Shown here: positions 1 through 9,816 of the stretch, piece after piece | How positions within the stretch are numbered: position 1 is the first letter of the stretch | Layout of the letters: each line of letters opens with the position of its first letter | Origin: Candidatus Doudnabacteria bacterium | GTDB lineage: Bacteria > Patescibacteriota > Doudnabacteria > UBA920 > VMFF01 | Assembly (NCBI GenBank): GCA_028286905.1 | Contig: JAQBQP010000002.1 | Location: forward strand, 309,458 to 373,457 | Reading direction: 5' to 3' | DNA length: 64,000 bases | The notes under the pieces: generated by a model | Databases searched by the model: none | Told to the model about the DNA's origin: nothing | Seen by the model: the letters and a program-made list of their open reading frames with translations, nothing else | Program-made: the position numbers and the translations under genes

Positions 1-157
1 AATATAAAATGTGTTGGCTAAGATTGACGCAATATTGTGGATTTTTGTGAATAAAATTATATTTCGGTAAAAACCACCAAAGAAATCCGGCGATTACGAA
101 GAATATAATATAGAACAAAAGCTTTATAAGTCTAAACATGTATTAATTATACAGAAT

Positions 158-496
158 TTAGCGCTTGTCGTCATTCCACTGGTCTCTGATTCGATTCCAA
201 CGTTGTTTTAGATCAGATACGAAATCTTCTAATTCGCTATCTTTAATCTCATGCAGTTTCTTGTATTTTTCAGCAACGTCATCAACTGTTGAGTTATACT
301 TATCTACAGTCATGTCCTTTGCGTCACGAACTCGAGTGTTGATCTCATCAGACATCTCAGAAGTCCAGTTTTTTAAATCTTCACGATTTCTTTTTCCAGA
401 CTTTGGTGCTAAAAAAATCCCTGCAATTGCGCCTAAAGCAAAACCTAAGATTCCCAAGCCCACTGCTTTGCCATGATCATCATGCCTATGTCCCAT
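158..496 (-). CDS. YtxH domain-containing protein
   Basis: N-terminal TM followed by GIFLAPKSGKRNREDL motif and a helical tail. Confidence 0.85.
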   Translation of the reverse strand: MGHRHDDHGKAVGLGILGFALGAIAGIFLAPKSGKRNREDLKNWTSEMSDEINTRVRDAKDMTVDKYNSTVDDVAEKYKKLHEIKDSELEDFVSDLKQRWNRIRDQWNDDKR

Positions 497-510
497 AGTA
501 TTCCTTTCGA

Positions 511-759
511 TTATTTTCTAAACATTTTTAGAATTTTCCCCAAAACGCTAACGCCAACGTTTGCCCCCAGGTACCTACCGTAGCTTTTTCCACTTTCAAT
601 TAAGCCTTCAATTTCATCAGCAATCAGATGAAAACGATAACTGAGCATTCGAATCTGTCGATTGATGCTAATCATAATAGCAATAAATACTATTAAGAGA
701 ATAACAAACCCACCAAAAGCGATTGAACCCAATATATAAAATATGTGTTGTGCTGTCAT
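511..759 (-). CDS. small membrane protein upstream of YtxH-like gene
   Basis: single TM; TATACT 6 nt before ATG; co-oriented with the ytxH-like gene. Confidence 0.7.
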   Translation of the reverse strand: MTAQHIFYILGSIAFGGFVILLIVFIAIMISINRQIRMLSYRFHLIADEIEGLIESGKSYGRYLGANVGVSVLGKILKMFRK

Positions 760-867
760 GCAAACAGTATAGTGCTAAAGCAGTTAAAAGGGAATTGTGC
801 AATTCGCTGGATACTGATAATATATACAGGCAAATTCTAAGCAAAATGATCGCATCGCAAAGATCGT

Positions 868-942
868 TGCCCGGTAGCCAAGTGGTAAGGCATGGGACTC
901 TGAATCCCACATTCGCAGGTTCGACCCCTGCCCGGGCAGCCA
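868..942 (+). tRNA. tRNA-Gln(CUG)
   Basis: acceptor stem TGCCCGG/CCGGGCA, D-arm AGCCAAGTGGTAAGGC, anticodon loop CT-CTG-AA, T-loop GGTTCGACCC, encoded CCA. Confidence 0.95.
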
Positions 943-971
943 AAATGCAAGCACAAATAAAATTTTAATAT

Positions 972-1991
972 ATGGACTCACGACATTATCCGATATCGAC
1001 AAAGCTGCAGAATACTATATTTGCTTGGTTGCTTGCTTGGCCGATCATCGCGGTTTATGCTGATGGATGGCACCACCATCATCTAGAGATGGGTATGGAC
1101 ACTCTTTTTAACCCTTTTCACCTGTTCTTGTATGCAGGCGTATTTGTTACCGGATTGTATGTAGTGGCTTTGGCATATAGAAACATTCGACGCGGCAATC
1201 CCTTTTCGCACAGTCTGCCAAAAATGTACTTGCGGGCGGCATGGGGTATTATGCTCTTTATCGTTGCTGTTGCTTGCGACATTGGCTGGCATTACTTCTT
1301 GGGATTCGAAGAGAGCGTAGATGCATTGTTAAGTCCTCCGCATCTATTGCTTGCATTCAGCGGAATGTTGGTAGTCAGCTGCTTGCTTCGCCCTATTTGG
1401 CACAAGGAAAGAGAACGACTAGTAAAGCCGATTGTTCCGGTACTAGGGTTTACATATACTTACCTAATTTTTATATTTTTTATTCAGTACTGTCATCCAT
1501 ATTATGCTCAGTGGCTTTCGAGCGGAACGCCGGTAATTGGTGGAGTATCTTATATTCAGTCGGCGGCTTTGGCCGGGGGTATCCTGCGTACATTCATATT
1601 CTGCGCAATGCTTTTCTCGACCCTAAAATTTTTCAAGTTTCCTAAGGGAAGCTTGTTCGCAATTCTTATGGCGGAAGGTGTCGGGATTGGTTTAATGGGC
1701 GGGCAGTTTCAATTCTTGATTTCTGCTGCGATAGCGGGCATTTTCACGGAAATTGTATACCACTTATTTTACGAACGGTATAATAAACATATTTACCTGC
1801 GAATCTTTGGCTTTTTAATCCCTGCGGTTTTTTATGTGCCGTACATCGTAGTTTCATCATGGCAGGATCACAGCTGGTGGAGCATCCACATGATCGCCGG
1901 ACTAGTCGTGATGAATAGTATTGTCGGATGGCTGTTAACTTACTTAATCGAGCCGCCGAAGCCTCACGATTACCCAACATTGAAGGATTAG
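972..1991 (+). CDS. multi-pass membrane protein with duplicated D-x3-H...P-x-H motifs
   Basis: many hydrophobic segments; DGWHH..NPFH and DIGWH..SPPH. Confidence 0.75.
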   Translation: MDSRHYPISTKLQNTIFAWLLAWPIIAVYADGWHHHHLEMGMDTLFNPFHLFLYAGVFVTGLYVVALAYRNIRRGNPFSHSLPKMYLRAAWGIMLFIVAVACDIGWHYFLGFEESVDALLSPPHLLLAFSGMLVVSCLLRPIWHKERERLVKPIVPVLGFTYTYLIFIFFIQYCHPYYAQWLSSGTPVIGGVSYIQSAALAGGILRTFIFCAMLFSTLKFFKFPKGSLFAILMAEGVGIGLMGGQFQFLISAAIAGIFTEIVYHLFYERYNKHIYLRIFGFLIPAVFYVPYIVVSSWQDHSWWSIHMIAGLVVMNSIVGWLLTYLIEPPKPHDYPTLKD

Positions 1992-2027
1992 CAAGATAGA
2001 TGGTATTTAAGAATTTATAAATTATTT

Positions 2028-2381
2028 ATGACTACACTAAAAATAGAGAATGGCAGTTTAGAAATTATCATTGAAGGCTTTGATAAGGTTTGGGCTTTAA
2101 AAAGTCGCATGAGTATTCCCTTGGCGCATATTCAAAGTGTTATTTATAATCCGGAAATCGCTCATGGTTGGTGGCATGGTTTAAGGCTGCCTGGTTCTAA
2201 TCTTCCAGGGGTTTTGACGGCAGGATCATTTTATCAGCACAAAGAGTGGGCATTTTGGGACGTACATAATCCTATAAATACCATCGTTATTACTTTAAAA
2301 GACGAACGTTATCAAAAACTAGTCTTAGAAGTTGAGGATCCACAAAAAACCATTGCGGAGCTAAGCCCTCTGCTATCTTAG
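2028..2381 (+). CDS. conserved hypothetical protein (PH-like)
   Basis: GLRLPGSNLPGVLTAGSF...FWDV pattern of a widespread uncharacterised family. Confidence 0.7.
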   Translation: MTTLKIENGSLEIIIEGFDKVWALKSRMSIPLAHIQSVIYNPEIAHGWWHGLRLPGSNLPGVLTAGSFYQHKEWAFWDVHNPINTIVITLKDERYQKLVLEVEDPQKTIAELSPLLS

Positions 2382-2389
2382 ATAGTTTC

Positions 2390-2416
2390 GCCAATCGCAA
2401 GGTTGGCTTTTATTTT
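2390..2416 (+). terminator. intrinsic terminator
   Basis: GCCAATC-GCAA-GGTTGGC hairpin followed by T-tract. Confidence 0.6.
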
Positions 2417-2444
2417 GATATATTGATAAAGCACTGTAAATTTT

Positions 2445-2996
2445 ATGAAAAGATGCGTTTGGGTTTCTAAGGACCCGTTATATGAAAAATACCATGATAA
2501 AGAATGGGGTAGGTCAGTTCGAAATGATCGAAAGATTTTTGAATTTCTGGTTTTGGAAAGTGCTCAAGCCGGGTTAAGTTGGTTAACCATTTTGCGTAAA
2601 AGAGAAAATTATCGCAAAGCTTTTGCTGGTTTTGATCCCGAAAAAGTAGCTAAGTTTACCGCCAAAGACTTTAAACGTTTAATGCACGATCCAGGAATTG
2701 TTAGAAATAATCTAAAGATCAAAGCAGCAATTGGTAATGCTAAAGAATTTTTGAAAATTCAGAAAGAATTTGGAACCTTTTCAAAATATATGTGGAGTTT
2801 TGTCGGTAACAAAGTTATTAAACATAAGATTAAAAAAGCCGGGGATTACCTGACTACAAACGAAGAAGCGATTACTTTCGCAAAGGACCTTAAAAAAAGA
2901 GGTTTTAAGTTTCTAGGGCCAACCATTGTTTATGCATACATGCAAGCGGTAGGAATGGTTAACGACCACTCTGTCGGCTGCTTTTTAGCGAAGTAA
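2445..2996 (+). CDS. tag: DNA-3-methyladenine glycosylase I
   Basis: RC.W, YHDKEWG, QAGLSWLTILRKR, GMVNDH..C motifs. Confidence 0.95.
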   Translation: MKRCVWVSKDPLYEKYHDKEWGRSVRNDRKIFEFLVLESAQAGLSWLTILRKRENYRKAFAGFDPEKVAKFTAKDFKRLMHDPGIVRNNLKIKAAIGNAKEFLKIQKEFGTFSKYMWSFVGNKVIKHKIKKAGDYLTTNEEAITFAKDLKKRGFKFLGPTIVYAYMQAVGMVNDHSVGCFLAK

Positions 2997-3020
2997 GGAT
3001 TTATTTGATAAGCTATAAGT

Positions 3021-4277
3021 ATGCAAAAGAAATATGATTTAGCAGTAATAGGCGGCGGACCAGCAGGAATGATTGCCGCAGGCCGGGCAGCGGAGCTGGG
3101 TGCAAAAGTTATTCTGATAGAAAAGAATCCAAAACTTGGCAAGAAGCTTTTGATAACTGGCGGTGGACGCTGTAATATTACCAACGCTGAATTTGATGTT
3201 AAAAAACTAGTAGCAAAGTACGGACCAAAGGGCAAAGCACTTTTTGGTTCTTTTTCCCGTTTCGGTGTGGAAGACGCGATGGCTTTTTTTACAGAAAAGA
3301 ACCTGCCTCTAAAAGTTGAAGCAGAAAAAAGAGCTTTCCCTGTTAGCAATAAAGCTGAAGACGTTTGGAAAGTCTTGGTAGAATATTTGAAGAAAAATAA
3401 AGTAGAAATATTATACAACTCGCCAGTTAGCAAGGTGAACTTTGCTGGTAATAAAATTACATCGGTGCAAACAAAAACGGGTTTGATTAGCGCGGATAAT
3501 TTTGTCATTACAACTGGCGGCAAGTCTCGCCCGGAAACAGGTTCTACCGGCGAGGGCCTTGAATGGTTAAAGGAGATGGGCCATTCGATAGAAGAAGCAG
3601 GATCTGCTTTAGTGCCAGTAAAAATCAAAGAAGATTGGGTTAAAAACTTATCTGGTTTAAGTTTTATGAATGCAAAACTTTCCGTATTTCAGGATGGAAA
3701 AAAACAAGAGAGCAGAAGCGGCAAGCTTTTGCTGACTCATTTTGGTCTTAGTGGGCCCCTTGTTTTGAATATGAGCCAAAATATAGCAGAATTATTTAAA
3801 TATGGTCCGGTTCAATTGGAACTTGATATATGCCCTGAAATGGATTTAAGCGAGTTAGATAAAAAAACTTTAGACTCTTTGTCGAGATTACTAAACAAAA
3901 AAATAAAAAACAGTCTTGGTGAAGTCGTTCCTATTAAAATGATCGCTACTGTTTTGGAAATGACTGGCATAGATGGAGAAAAAGAAGTAAATGTTTTAAG
4001 TAGAGAAGAGCGCTTAAAAATTTTAAAACTAATCAAAGCTTTGCCGATGACAGTTAGCGGTTTCCTTGGAGTAGAAAAAGCAATTATTACTTCCGGCGGA
4101 GTATCTCTTAAAGAAGTAGACTTTAAAACCATGCAATCCAAGCTTTATGAAAATTTATACTTAGCCGGAGATATTCTGAACTTTGACCGTCCATCTGGGG
4201 GCTATAATTTACAAATTTGCTGGACCACAGGTTATATTGCCGGTCAGAATGCAGGAGTGCATAAAAACCTCGGCTAA
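3021..4277 (+). CDS. HI0933/BaiN/YhiN-family flavoprotein
   Basis: GGGPAG, GKKLLITGGGRCNITN, THFGLSGP, GGYNLQ. Confidence 0.92.
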   Translation: MQKKYDLAVIGGGPAGMIAAGRAAELGAKVILIEKNPKLGKKLLITGGGRCNITNAEFDVKKLVAKYGPKGKALFGSFSRFGVEDAMAFFTEKNLPLKVEAEKRAFPVSNKAEDVWKVLVEYLKKNKVEILYNSPVSKVNFAGNKITSVQTKTGLISADNFVITTGGKSRPETGSTGEGLEWLKEMGHSIEEAGSALVPVKIKEDWVKNLSGLSFMNAKLSVFQDGKKQESRSGKLLLTHFGLSGPLVLNMSQNIAELFKYGPVQLELDICPEMDLSELDKKTLDSLSRLLNKKIKNSLGEVVPIKMIATVLEMTGIDGEKEVNVLSREERLKILKLIKALPMTVSGFLGVEKAIITSGGVSLKEVDFKTMQSKLYENLYLAGDILNFDRPSGGYNLQICWTTGYIAGQNAGVHKNLG

Positions 4278-4291
4278 GTTATAATAAGGGT

Positions 4292-4861
4292 ATGAAAATC
4301 AAATCAGCAGTATTCGTTAAGGGGGTTGTCGGGGAAGACGAAATTCTAGAAGATGAAGTACCTCAGGTTGCTTTTATCGGCCGTTCCAACGTAGGAAAAT
4401 CTAGCGTTATCAATTCTTTAGTTAATCGGAAAGACTTGGCAAAGTCCAGTTCTAAACCGGGAAAAACTAAAGAGATAAATATCTTTTTTATCAATAAAGC
4501 TTTTTATCTTGTAGATTTGCCAGGTTATGGTTTTGCCAAAGCTTCTTTAGAGGACCGCGATAACTTACGCAAACTAATTTATTGGTATCTTTTATATTCA
4601 AACGTCGATCACAAAAACGTTGTTTTGATTATCGATGCGAAGGTTGGTTTAACCGACTACGATAAAGAAATGCTGCGCAGGCTCGAGGATCGAGAAAAGA
4701 GAATTGTGATCGTAGCAAACAAAATAGACAAGCTTAAAAATTCTGAATATAAAAAAAGCTTGGCAGCTATCCAAGCTTTGGTAGGTGATCACAAAGTAAT
4801 TCCTTATTCTGCAGAAAAGAAAATTGGCATTGGCGAACTTACAGACGCGATGCTTAAATAG
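4292..4861 (+). CDS. engB: ribosome biogenesis GTPase YihA/YsxC
   Basis: GRSNVGKSS, DLPGYG, NKID. Confidence 0.93.
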   Translation: MKIKSAVFVKGVVGEDEILEDEVPQVAFIGRSNVGKSSVINSLVNRKDLAKSSSKPGKTKEINIFFINKAFYLVDLPGYGFAKASLEDRDNLRKLIYWYLLYSNVDHKNVVLIIDAKVGLTDYDKEMLRRLEDREKRIVIVANKIDKLKNSEYKKSLAAIQALVGDHKVIPYSAEKKIGIGELTDAMLK

Positions 4862-5177
4862 TATCAGCCCAATTTCCTAGCTGAGTTATAATCGATTTTA
4901 AGCTAGCGCCTTTATTGGTTAAAGCATACTCCACCTGTCTGGAATCGGGGTGGAGTGTTCTTGTAATTAGCTTGCTGTCGACCATTTCTTTTAAGCGCGC
5001 AGATAAAGCTCGTGGGTTGATGTCTTGAATGCCTTTAAGTAGTTCGTTGAAACCCCGCTTGTCGCTGCAAAGTTGGTGCAAAATTAAAATCGTCCATTTG
5101 CTGCCAATTAAATCGACCGCTTTATGAACTGAGCATAGTGGTTTTTGCAATTTGCTTTTGGATTTAAGTGCTTTCAT
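4854..5177 (-). CDS. HxlR-family transcriptional regulator
   Basis: C..AVDLIGSKWT, FNEL, VEYALT.KG. Confidence 0.9.
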   Translation of the reverse strand: MKALKSKSKLQKPLCSVHKAVDLIGSKWTILILHQLCSDKRGFNELLKGIQDINPRALSARLKEMVDSKLITRTLHPDSRQVEYALTNKGASLKSIITQLGNWADTI

Positions 5178-5189
5178 ATATTTTAACTA

Positions 5190-5218
5190 TTGACACTATA
5201 CAAAGTATAGTAGATACT
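5190..5218 (+). promoter_or_regulatory. sigma70 promoter overlapped by a palindromic operator (likely HxlR site)
   Basis: TTGACA-17-GATACT with ACTATAC-AAA-GTATAGT (5195-5211) in the divergent gap. Confidence 0.6.
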
Positions 5219-5240
5219 AAAAATATAGTCAAAGAAATTA

Positions 5241-5618
5241 ATGAAAGGTAAAAATTTAATGGAAACTCAAGAATTAGTAAAGAAACTGATCGAATATGTA
5301 AAGGCTGGCGAGAATGTTAAAGCGGAGCAAGAGCTTTACGCACCGGATGTGGTTTCCTTTGAACAAAATGGATATTCCGCGACTGGTTTGGATGCGGTAA
5401 TAGAAAAAACCAAGGGCGCAATGAATCACTTTGACGCAGTACATGGCGGCGGTGTTACCGAAGCTTATGTTGGCAAAGATAGTTTCTTGTTAATATTTGA
5501 TATGGATGTAACCCCAAAAGGTGGTGCTCGGATGCAAATGAGAGAATACGGCTTTTATAAAGTAAAAGACGGTAAGGTTATTGAGGAACATTTCTACGCA
5601 GATAAATTAGCACTATAA
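5241..5618 (+). CDS. SnoaL-like / NTF2-fold protein
   Basis: ELYAPDVVS.E, Y.VKDGKVIEE.F.Y; start may be 5259. Confidence 0.85.
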   Translation: MKGKNLMETQELVKKLIEYVKAGENVKAEQELYAPDVVSFEQNGYSATGLDAVIEKTKGAMNHFDAVHGGGVTEAYVGKDSFLLIFDMDVTPKGGARMQMREYGFYKVKDGKVIEEHFYADKLAL

Positions 5619-5623
5619 ATAAA

Positions 5624-6190
5624 ATGAAAACAGCAATTATTCTCGGCAGTGTTCGAAAAGTTCGTCTTGGTGAACGCGTTGCCAAGTGGGTTTTAGAATC
5701 TGCGCGAGCAAAAAATATAGATATCGAATTGCTGGATCTGAAAGAATATCCGCTGCCGTTCTTTGATGAGCCAGAAAGTCCGATCATGTCAAAAGGTAAC
5801 TTTATTAATCCAGCTGCAATGCAATGGGGCGCCAAGCTTAGTGAGTTTGATGCATTTATTTTTGTTGCGCCAGAATACAATTACAGTTACTCAGGAGTTC
5901 TGAAAAACGCTTTAGATTATGTCTACGCTCAATTTAAAGAAAAGCCAGCTGCTATTATTAGTTATTCAGGCGGTCCTTATGCTGGCGTTAGAATGACACA
6001 GCTGTTGCGAAATCTTTTGACCGCTCAAGGTGCTGTAACACTTCAAGAAATTATTAATATTGCCAAAGCTCAAGAAGCTATTAACGAAGATGGTACGTTA
6101 GTAAATGAGCATTTTAAGGAAGCTTTGGATAAGCAGTTAAATTCTTTAAATAGCTGGCACGAAGTGCTTAAATTAAAACGCGCAAAGTAG
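5624..6190 (+). CDS. NADPH-dependent FMN reductase
   Basis: GSVR, PEYNYSYSGVLKNALD. Confidence 0.92.
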   Translation: MKTAIILGSVRKVRLGERVAKWVLESARAKNIDIELLDLKEYPLPFFDEPESPIMSKGNFINPAAMQWGAKLSEFDAFIFVAPEYNYSYSGVLKNALDYVYAQFKEKPAAIISYSGGPYAGVRMTQLLRNLLTAQGAVTLQEIINIAKAQEAINEDGTLVNEHFKEALDKQLNSLNSWHEVLKLKRAK

Positions 6191-6207
6191 CTAGAACGTT
6201 GAACACA

Positions 6208-6239
6208 AAAAAATCCCGACCGCTTTGGTCGGGATTTTT
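6208..6239. terminator. bidirectional intrinsic terminator
   Basis: AAAAAATCCCGACC-GCTT-TGGTCGGGATTTTT between convergent genes. Confidence 0.85.
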
Positions 6240-6249
6240 AATTTTGAAT

Positions 6250-7758
6250 TTATTCTGGCTTGATTTTAGCCCAGTACATTTTCTTTGCACGTTCTTGATC
6301 GGTTTGGCGCTTACCACGGCCGAAGCCTGGTTTACTGCCGAATGCAGGCTTGCTAGAGCCAGATCTGGATCCGTAGCTAGGCTTGCTGCCGAAACTTGGC
6401 TTATCGCCAAATCCTGGTTTGCTGCCAAACTGTTTATTACCAAAACTAGGTTTTGAGCCGTAGCTTGGTTTAGAACCAAAGGCTGGCTTGTCGCCAAAAG
6501 ATCTTCGTGGACCGCGGTCGTTTCTACGACCTTCTCCACCGCCACCAAAACCTCTGCCGCCGGCACCGCGCTGTACGGGTTGGGTAAAGGCTTGTGCAGG
6601 ATCGCGCTTTGGTAAATCTTTAACAGGGGATATAGTTAGAGATTTTTTTATTAAGCGTTCAATATCTTTAATGTCTCTTTGCTGGTCAGGAGTTGCAAAA
6701 GAAATTGCATGGCCGCTATGGCCTGCTCTACCTGTTCTACCGATACGGTGAACGTAGTCAGAAGCATTTTCAGGTAAGTCGTAGTTAAGAACTAATTCGA
6801 TGCCAACTACATCAATACCGCGAGCGGCAATGTCAGTAGCAATAAGAACTCTATACTTACCAAGCTTGAAACCATTTAAGGCTTCTAGTCTTTGGCTCAA
6901 AGATCTATTTGAATGAATTTCGGCTGCTAGTACGCCGATTGTTTTTAAATTCTGAGTAATTTTCTTCGCACCAAACTTTGTACGGACGAAAACTAAAATG
7001 CTGCCTTTGTAATCAGCGATAATCTTTTGTAACAACTGTGGTTTATCTTCCCGGTGTACAAAGAAAATCTCTTGAGTAACCTTAGCCGCAGTAGAACCTT
7101 GTGGTGCTACTTCGACGCGGATTGGCATTTGCAAATAGGCACTGGCAATCTTAACGATTTCAGGTTCCATAGTTGCTGAGAACAACATTGTTTGTCGTTC
7201 TTTTGGTAAATGCACAACAATCTTTCTAAGCTGAGGTGCAAATCCCATGTCTAACATTCTGTCCGCTTCATCTAAAACTAAAACGCTGACAGTGTCTAAT
7301 TTTACTGTTTTAGATTCAACGTGATCAATCAATCTACCAGGAGTAGCGATGATGACGTGCGGTTGGAATTTTAAATCTCTAATTTGACGGTGCATTGATT
7401 CGCCACCGATAAGCACAGCAGTTTTTAAACCAAGCGGTCTGCCAAGTTTTTGCAAAGCTTCATTTACCTGTACTGCTAATTCACGAGTTGGCAATACAAC
7501 TAAACCTTTGCCTTTAGTTGCAACTAATCGCTGAAGCATTGGAATACCAAAAGCTAAGGTCTTTCCAGTTCCGGTTTGGGCGATGCCCATGATGTCTTTT
7601 CCAGTGATAGCAATCGGAATTGACTGCTTTTGGATCGGTGTTGGGCTTTTAAAGCCTTGTTTATCTAAAATTTCTAAAAGCTTTGGCGCAATGCCTAAGC
7701 CATCGAAATTATCTGTGGAGCTAACCGTAGGGCTAGCAATCTCTTCTATGATATCCAT
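6250..7758 (-). CDS. DEAD-box RNA helicase (RhlE/CshA-like)
   Basis: Q motif, AQTGTGKT, PTRELA, DEAD, SAT, HRIGRTGR; repetitive G/K-rich tail. Confidence 0.95.
   Translation of the reverse strand: MDIIEEIASPTVSSTDNFDGLGIAPKLLEILDKQGFKSPTPIQKQSIPIAITGKDIMGIAQTGTGKTLAFGIPMLQRLVATKGKGLVVLPTRELAVQVNEALQKLGRPLGLKTAVLIGGESMHRQIRDLKFQPHVIIATPGRLIDHVESKTVKLDTVSVLVLDEADRMLDMGFAPQLRKIVVHLPKERQTMLFSATMEPEIVKIASAYLQMPIRVEVAPQGSTAAKVTQEIFFVHREDKPQLLQKIIADYKGSILVFVRTKFGAKKITQNLKTIGVLAAEIHSNRSLSQRLEALNGFKLGKYRVLIATDIAARGIDVVGIELVLNYDLPENASDYVHRIGRTGRAGHSGHAISFATPDQQRDIKDIERLIKKSLTISPVKDLPKRDPAQAFTQPVQRGAGGRGFGGGGEGRRNDRGPRRSFGDKPAFGSKPSYGSKPSFGNKQFGSKPGFGDKPSFGSKPSYGSRSGSSKPAFGSKPGFGRGKRQTDQERAKKMYWAKIKPE
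6318..6500 (-). repeat. coding hexapeptide repeat [FY]G[SDN]KP[SAG] in helicase tail
   Basis: FGDKPAFGSKPSYGSKPSFGNKQFGSKPGFGDKPSFGSKPSYG... Confidence 0.85.
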
Positions 7759-8022
7759 ATTTAACTAAAAATCCTGACCCGCGTCTTTGGGCCAGAATTT
7801 AGAATACGGCAGCAAAAGAAACAAGTCCTTAATGTATTTATTCCTTAATTAAATCACACTTTGAATATTTTGTCAACACTACACCCGCGAAACAAGAGAT
7901 TACTCAATATTATCTGAAGCAAAATTTGAGCCTATTCATACGGACATGTTCTTTAGCATATAGATAAGGCCGGCTTTGGCAATTAAATCGCTTAATTGGC
8001 CAGATTTAGCTAATATATAGGT

Positions 8023-8625
8023 ATGCAATTGACTACTACAGACAAAAAGCGAATAAACCAGTTTTATGGCCGTAAATTAAAAAAATTTGGACTAAAAGAC
8101 GCCCAAAGCGTGGATTGGGAAAGTAATAAAGACCAAAAGACCCGTTTTGAGATTTTATCAAAAATTGGTGATTTGAACGGTAAGAAAGTCTTAGACTTTG
8201 GCTCTGGTTTGGGCGGATTGTATGGATATCTAAGTAAAAGGTTTAAAAATATCAGCTACACTGGTATTGATGTAGTCTCTGTTTTTGTTGAGCAGTCTGC
8301 AAAGAAATATCCCAAAGCAAAGTTCGAATGCATTGAACTAAACGCAATAAAGGATAAATTTGATTACGCTTTTGCTGCGGGTTCTTTAACTTTCGATGTT
8401 GCAGGCGGCAAGAAGTATTATTTTAATCAGATTAAAGCAATGTATAAGCTGGCAAAAAAAGGCGTTGGCTTTAATATGCTGAACAAAGATTTTTTCGGTG
8501 AACATAAGGGTTATATAACTTACGATCCTTTAGAGGTTTTAGATTTTTGCAAAACTTTTGCAAAGCATGTTCAAATAATTTTTAACTATGTCGAAGGCGA
8601 GTTTACTGTTTATTTAAAAAAATAA
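8023..8625 (+). CDS. class I SAM-dependent methyltransferase
   Basis: VLDFGSGLG, YTGIDV motifs. Confidence 0.85.
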   Translation: MQLTTTDKKRINQFYGRKLKKFGLKDAQSVDWESNKDQKTRFEILSKIGDLNGKKVLDFGSGLGGLYGYLSKRFKNISYTGIDVVSVFVEQSAKKYPKAKFECIELNAIKDKFDYAFAAGSLTFDVAGGKKYYFNQIKAMYKLAKKGVGFNMLNKDFFGEHKGYITYDPLEVLDFCKTFAKHVQIIFNYVEGEFTVYLKK

Positions 8626-8637
8626 AATACTAGAAAT

Positions 8638-9273
8638 ATGTCAGATAATCAAACGATAATTTATATAGTTCGACACGGTCAAACTCAAATGAATACTGAA
8701 AACCGCTTACAGGGACGTGTGGATTCGCCACTGACTGAACTTGGAATCAAACAGGCGCAGGCCTTAGGTGAGAAGTTTAAAGAAATCGGATTTGATGCAA
8801 TTTATTCTTCGCCAGCGGGACGTGCTCGGGATACTGCTAAGCATTTAAAATTGGAGCGAGCTTTGGATGTCATGGTTGTAGATGATCTAGCTGAGAGATC
8901 CTTTGGCAGCAGCGAAGGTATTACTATGGAAGAATCGATGGTGTTATACAAAGATAAGCATGAGGAATACAGAGTTTTGAATACTGAGGAGCGAACAAAG
9001 TTTAAGTTTACTGAAGATAGCGAAAACGACATCGAGGTGGCGGAACGTTTTTTAAAAGCCTTGAAAACAATTGCCGAAGCAAATTATGGAAAAACACTGC
9101 TGATAGTTAGTCACGGCGGAACTTTAAGATCTGTGTTAGCAAGATTCGATCGAAATTATTATAATCGCCAAATGTACCAGATTAATAACACCGCTTGGGC
9201 AAAAATTAGTTACGACGGAGATAATTTTAAACTGTTAGAAATAGATGGAGTTGAAAAGAAAAATGATAATTAA
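8638..9273 (+). CDS. histidine phosphatase family protein
   Basis: RHGQT, SSP..RA..T, L.E..FG, SHGG. Confidence 0.92.
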   Translation: MSDNQTIIYIVRHGQTQMNTENRLQGRVDSPLTELGIKQAQALGEKFKEIGFDAIYSSPAGRARDTAKHLKLERALDVMVVDDLAERSFGSSEGITMEESMVLYKDKHEEYRVLNTEERTKFKFTEDSENDIEVAERFLKALKTIAEANYGKTLLIVSHGGTLRSVLARFDRNYYNRQMYQINNTAWAKISYDGDNFKLLEIDGVEKKNDN

Positions 9274-9814
9274 AAAAACAACTCAAGTAGGGAATCCGGT
9301 AATAAGATTAAAATCTAAACTGGTAAAAAATATTCAATCATCTGAAGTCAAGCGAGTTGTAAGAGATCTAACCGATTCGATGCGCCACCATAGTCTAATT
9401 GGCATGGCTGCGCCACAAATTGGCATTGGTTTAAGAATTTTCGTAACTGAAATTCGTCCAACTAATTTAAGAATCACGGTTGAAAAATCTGACGCGTTAA
9501 AAGTTTTTATAAACCCGAAAATCACATATTTTTCAAAGAAGATTTTTGGCGGTAAGAAAGTTAAAGGAGGCTTTGAAGGCTGTGGCAGCGTTGATGACGG
9601 GGGCATATTTGCTTCAGTGCCGCGCTCTACTTCTGTAATTGTGGAAGCCTATGATCTGGACGGCAAAAAGTTTATTTTGAAAGCAGAAGGTTTATTAGCC
9701 CGCGTCATTCAACACGAATATGACCATATCAACGGGATTATATTCTTAGATCGAGTTATAGATACTAAAACAATTTTTGAAAGAGAAGAATATCTTAAAT
9801 ACATAAAATCATAA
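9263..9814 (+). CDS. def: peptide deformylase, divergent second copy
   Basis: GMAAPQIG, EGCGS, QHEYDH; ATG 9263 preferred over 9245. Confidence 0.88.
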   Translation: MIIKKTTQVGNPVIRLKSKLVKNIQSSEVKRVVRDLTDSMRHHSLIGMAAPQIGIGLRIFVTEIRPTNLRITVEKSDALKVFINPKITYFSKKIFGGKKVKGGFEGCGSVDDGGIFASVPRSTSVIVEAYDLDGKKFILKAEGLLARVIQHEYDHINGIIFLDRVIDTKTIFEREEYLKYIKS

Positions 9815-9816
9815 AG

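Noticed and set aside
668-1002. ORFs 668-943, 723-968 and 784-1002
   Set aside because: overlap the tRNA-Gln gene
868-1991. island integrated at tRNA-Gln
   Set aside because: no duplicated tRNA 3' end and no integrase seen in the window
2930-3628. 232-aa antisense ORF and similar shadow ORFs (e.g. 165-476, 28063-28467, 30508-30999, 31797-32210, 59466-59861)
   Set aside because: lie opposite well-supported genes, with no motifs or expression signals
7759-8022. riboswitch or thermosensor in the helicase leader
   Set aside because: only one modest hairpin and a possible promoter; no recognisable aptamer
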